This document shows, piece after piece, positions 13,209-15,052 of a DNA stretch of 15,052 nt. The stretch is from NCBI GenBank assembly GCA_049970895.1, contig JBMFMB010000027.1, positions 1 to 15,052 on the forward strand, in the 5' to 3' direction. Made by a program: the position numbers and the translations under genes. Origin of the DNA: Candidatus Bathyarchaeia archaeon. Lineage in GTDB: Archaea; Thermoproteota; Bathyarchaeia; Bathyarchaeales; Bathycorpusculaceae. Every line of letters starts with the position of its first letter. Within the stretch, counting starts at the first letter, position 1. Under the pieces are notes generated by a model. The model saw nothing but the letters and a program-made list of their open reading frames with translations, was not told the DNA's origin and did not search any database.

Positions 13209-14666
13209 CTAATAATTCTCAAAAACTTCGGAGGAAAGCTTCTGCAAAAACTGTTTGACCGTTAGTTTCTCCCTTTTAGCCAGTCGCTTAACAGCCTTAG
13301 CAACACCAGTGGCGTATTGAACAGCCTTCTTTGGCCTGTTAACTATTCGAGGAGGCAGCCCAAAATTTTCAGCAGCTTTTCTCAGCACAGCCTTTCTGAG
13401 AGGGTCACTTGGCGACTCTATTTTCAGCCTTAATGGAAGGCTAAGAGCAAACTCGGCAATAGGATATGAGGCGAAAGGCAAACGCAGTTCCACGTTGTTG
13501 AAGATGCAGATTTTGCTGTCCCTTTCAAAGTTCTTCTCATAAATTGTTAGGATATCGTTGGCTAGTGCCTTTTCAGCGGCATCTATGCCAAAGCGTTTGT
13601 AAAGGTTTAAGTAACGCCTATACCCACCAAAATACTCGTCCGCCCCTTGCCCGGTGAGCAGCACTCCAAAACCAAGCCCAGCCGCCCTTTCTGCAGTCCA
13701 AAACATTGGCACACCAATACATGCCATAATGGGGTTGTGGTCTTCTATTGCCAACAACACTTTGGGAAGCGTCCGCTCCACGTCCCCCTCATTGTATAAG
13801 TATGCGTGGAAGGGCATGTCAAGAAGGCTTGCGGCTTCTTCGGCTTGTTCTGTTTCCAGCTGGTTTTCTAGGCTGACGTGGATTAGATGAACTTCGGCTC
13901 CAGCCTTTTTTGCAAGCCAGGCGGTTAGACTGCTGTCTAAGCCTCCTGAAAAAGCCACTGCAGCCTTCCTTAAGCCGTGCACTCTCCCTTCAGTTGACCG
14001 TTCCAAGAGTGTCTGAAGCTTTTTGGCAGCTTCTTCCATGGAAGCGGTTGTAGTGGTTGCGGAATGCTTTAGAACCTTAACGGGTCTTATATTAAGCCCC
14101 CTTTCATCTGCAATCATTAGGTGTCCAGGCGGGAAGGACCGCGTTTCTTTTATGCCTATTTTCCACAATGCCTTCCGCTCTGATGCAAAAGCGAATAATT
14201 TGCCATTCTCGCCGTAATAGAGCGGATATAAACCCAAAGAGTCCCTTCCAACAATAAGCTTTCCATTTTTTGCTATGGCGAAAGCGAAACAGCCGTCAAA
14301 CTCCCTTATCAAAGCTTCAGCGCCAACCTCCTCATTAGCCTGAAGCTTTTGTGCGACAAAATCTGCCTCCGAAGCCTCCACATGCGGGTTGTAAATTCTT
14401 CCATCGAAGACAAATGCAGCCTTCCCAATTTGTGTTGGTTGGGGCTTGTCTCTGGCTAGAATCTTTAAGAAAACATGTCCAATAGCTGTTGAAGACCTAA
14501 ATCCTTCAACCTGCAGTTTCTCCAAAGATTTTTCCACTGTGACGCAGTTTTGTGTTGCTATGCCGAAGGCGTCTGCGCCTTCACGTCCCAGAACTTTGAG
14601 CATTGAAACTGCCGTTTGAGCAGCTTTTATGCCTTTCCTGTCGAGGACCGCTACAACCGTCTTCAT
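13209..14666 (-). CDS. Asparagine synthetase B-like protein with a degenerate glutaminase domain
   Basis: PP-loop AFSGGLDSS, LTGQGADEYFGGY, ELRLPF and RPKKAVQYATG; Ntn-domain remnants FDGRIYN, FDGCFAFAI and GRDSLGLYPLYYG; no N-terminal Cys. Confidence 0.88.
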   Translation of the reverse strand: MKTVVAVLDRKGIKAAQTAVSMLKVLGREGADAFGIATQNCVTVEKSLEKLQVEGFRSSTAIGHVFLKILARDKPQPTQIGKAAFVFDGRIYNPHVEASEADFVAQKLQANEEVGAEALIREFDGCFAFAIAKNGKLIVGRDSLGLYPLYYGENGKLFAFASERKALWKIGIKETRSFPPGHLMIADERGLNIRPVKVLKHSATTTTASMEEAAKKLQTLLERSTEGRVHGLRKAAVAFSGGLDSSLTAWLAKKAGAEVHLIHVSLENQLETEQAEEAASLLDMPFHAYLYNEGDVERTLPKVLLAIEDHNPIMACIGVPMFWTAERAAGLGFGVLLTGQGADEYFGGYRRYLNLYKRFGIDAAEKALANDILTIYEKNFERDSKICIFNNVELRLPFASYPIAEFALSLPLRLKIESPSDPLRKAVLRKAAENFGLPPRIVNRPKKAVQYATGVAKAVKRLAKREKLTVKQFLQKLSSEVFENY

Positions 14667-14795
14667 GCCACTAAACCTTTGCTGCTTCTCAAAGTATATT
14701 TGAAGTGTAGCCCATTTAAACTAGGTTGCATGCTTAAAAGGAATGTTAAAATCCACATGCATGCATACATCAGCATCTGGATGGAGGCTCTGGTG

Positions 14796-15052
14796 TTGGG
14801 CGTTAAGCTTGTAAGCTTTGACATTTGGGATACTCTGCTATCTGTAAATTCCTATTATCATAGCATCGCCACGGAACTGGCAAAATCCACGAATTTGCCG
14901 CCTGAAACCATTGCGGAAAAGCTTGTTGAAGGCTATAAGCGAGTTAGAGCCATCAGAAGGGCTGGTGGTTTCCGCGATTCTCAAATTGTTCCATCAGCCC
15001 TTGAAGTGATAGCCAAATTTCTAGGCGTGGACTCTGAAACGGTTTCAAGGGC
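14796..15052 (+). CDS. HAD-superfamily hydrolase, 5' part (runs off the right edge)
   Basis: Not in the ORF track. Translation MGVKLVSFDIWDTLLSVNSYYHSIATELAK... contains HAD motif I (FDIWDTL). GGAGG SD at 14783-14787. In-frame alternative starts at 14781 and 14793. Confidence 0.85.
   Translation, partial: MGVKLVSFDIWDTLLSVNSYYHSIATELAKSTNLPPETIAEKLVEGYKRVRAIRRAGGFRDSQIVPSALEVIAKFLGVDSETVSR

Noticed and set aside
904-14217. Many 60-105 aa ORFs nested in or antisense to larger genes (e.g. 904-1101, 2035-2380, 3101-3897, 5970-6862, 8848-9622, 10011-10324, 11508-12497, 13654-14217)
   Set aside because: Shadow ORFs of well-supported genes with no recognisable motifs.
1-15052. CRISPR array, rRNA or intact IS element
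   Set aside because: No regularly spaced repeats, rRNA-like sequence or transposase ORF was seen.

Overview
Archaeal chromosomal window, most likely a TACK archaeon such as Bathyarchaeia (inferred from gene content, tRNA style, TTG/GTG starts and TATA-type promoters). The left edge is the boundary of an integrated element: the 5' part of a tyrosine integrase plus a 25-bp duplicated tRNA-Gly-like 3' end. Next come a tRNA-Arg(CCG) with a non-canonical 29/30 BHB intron, an RHH/coiled-coil/wHTH protein, FBP aldolase/phosphatase, a wHTH-DUF5752 protein, a KaiC-like ATPase overlapping an AEP primase-like gene, and a HEPN-MNT pair. A cryptic ~1.94-kb module (B12-radical SAM gene plus a frameshifted integrase remnant) is bounded by exact 21-bp direct repeats that duplicate the start codon of a GT4 glycosyltransferase. 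The right half holds a nucleotidyltransferase, DUF2095, a radical SAM protein, a stand-alone SRA domain, a ribophorin-I-like membrane protein, a ferredoxin, an AsnB-like protein lacking the glutaminase Cys, and a partial HAD hydrolase. All family calls come from motif recognition by eye; no searches were run.
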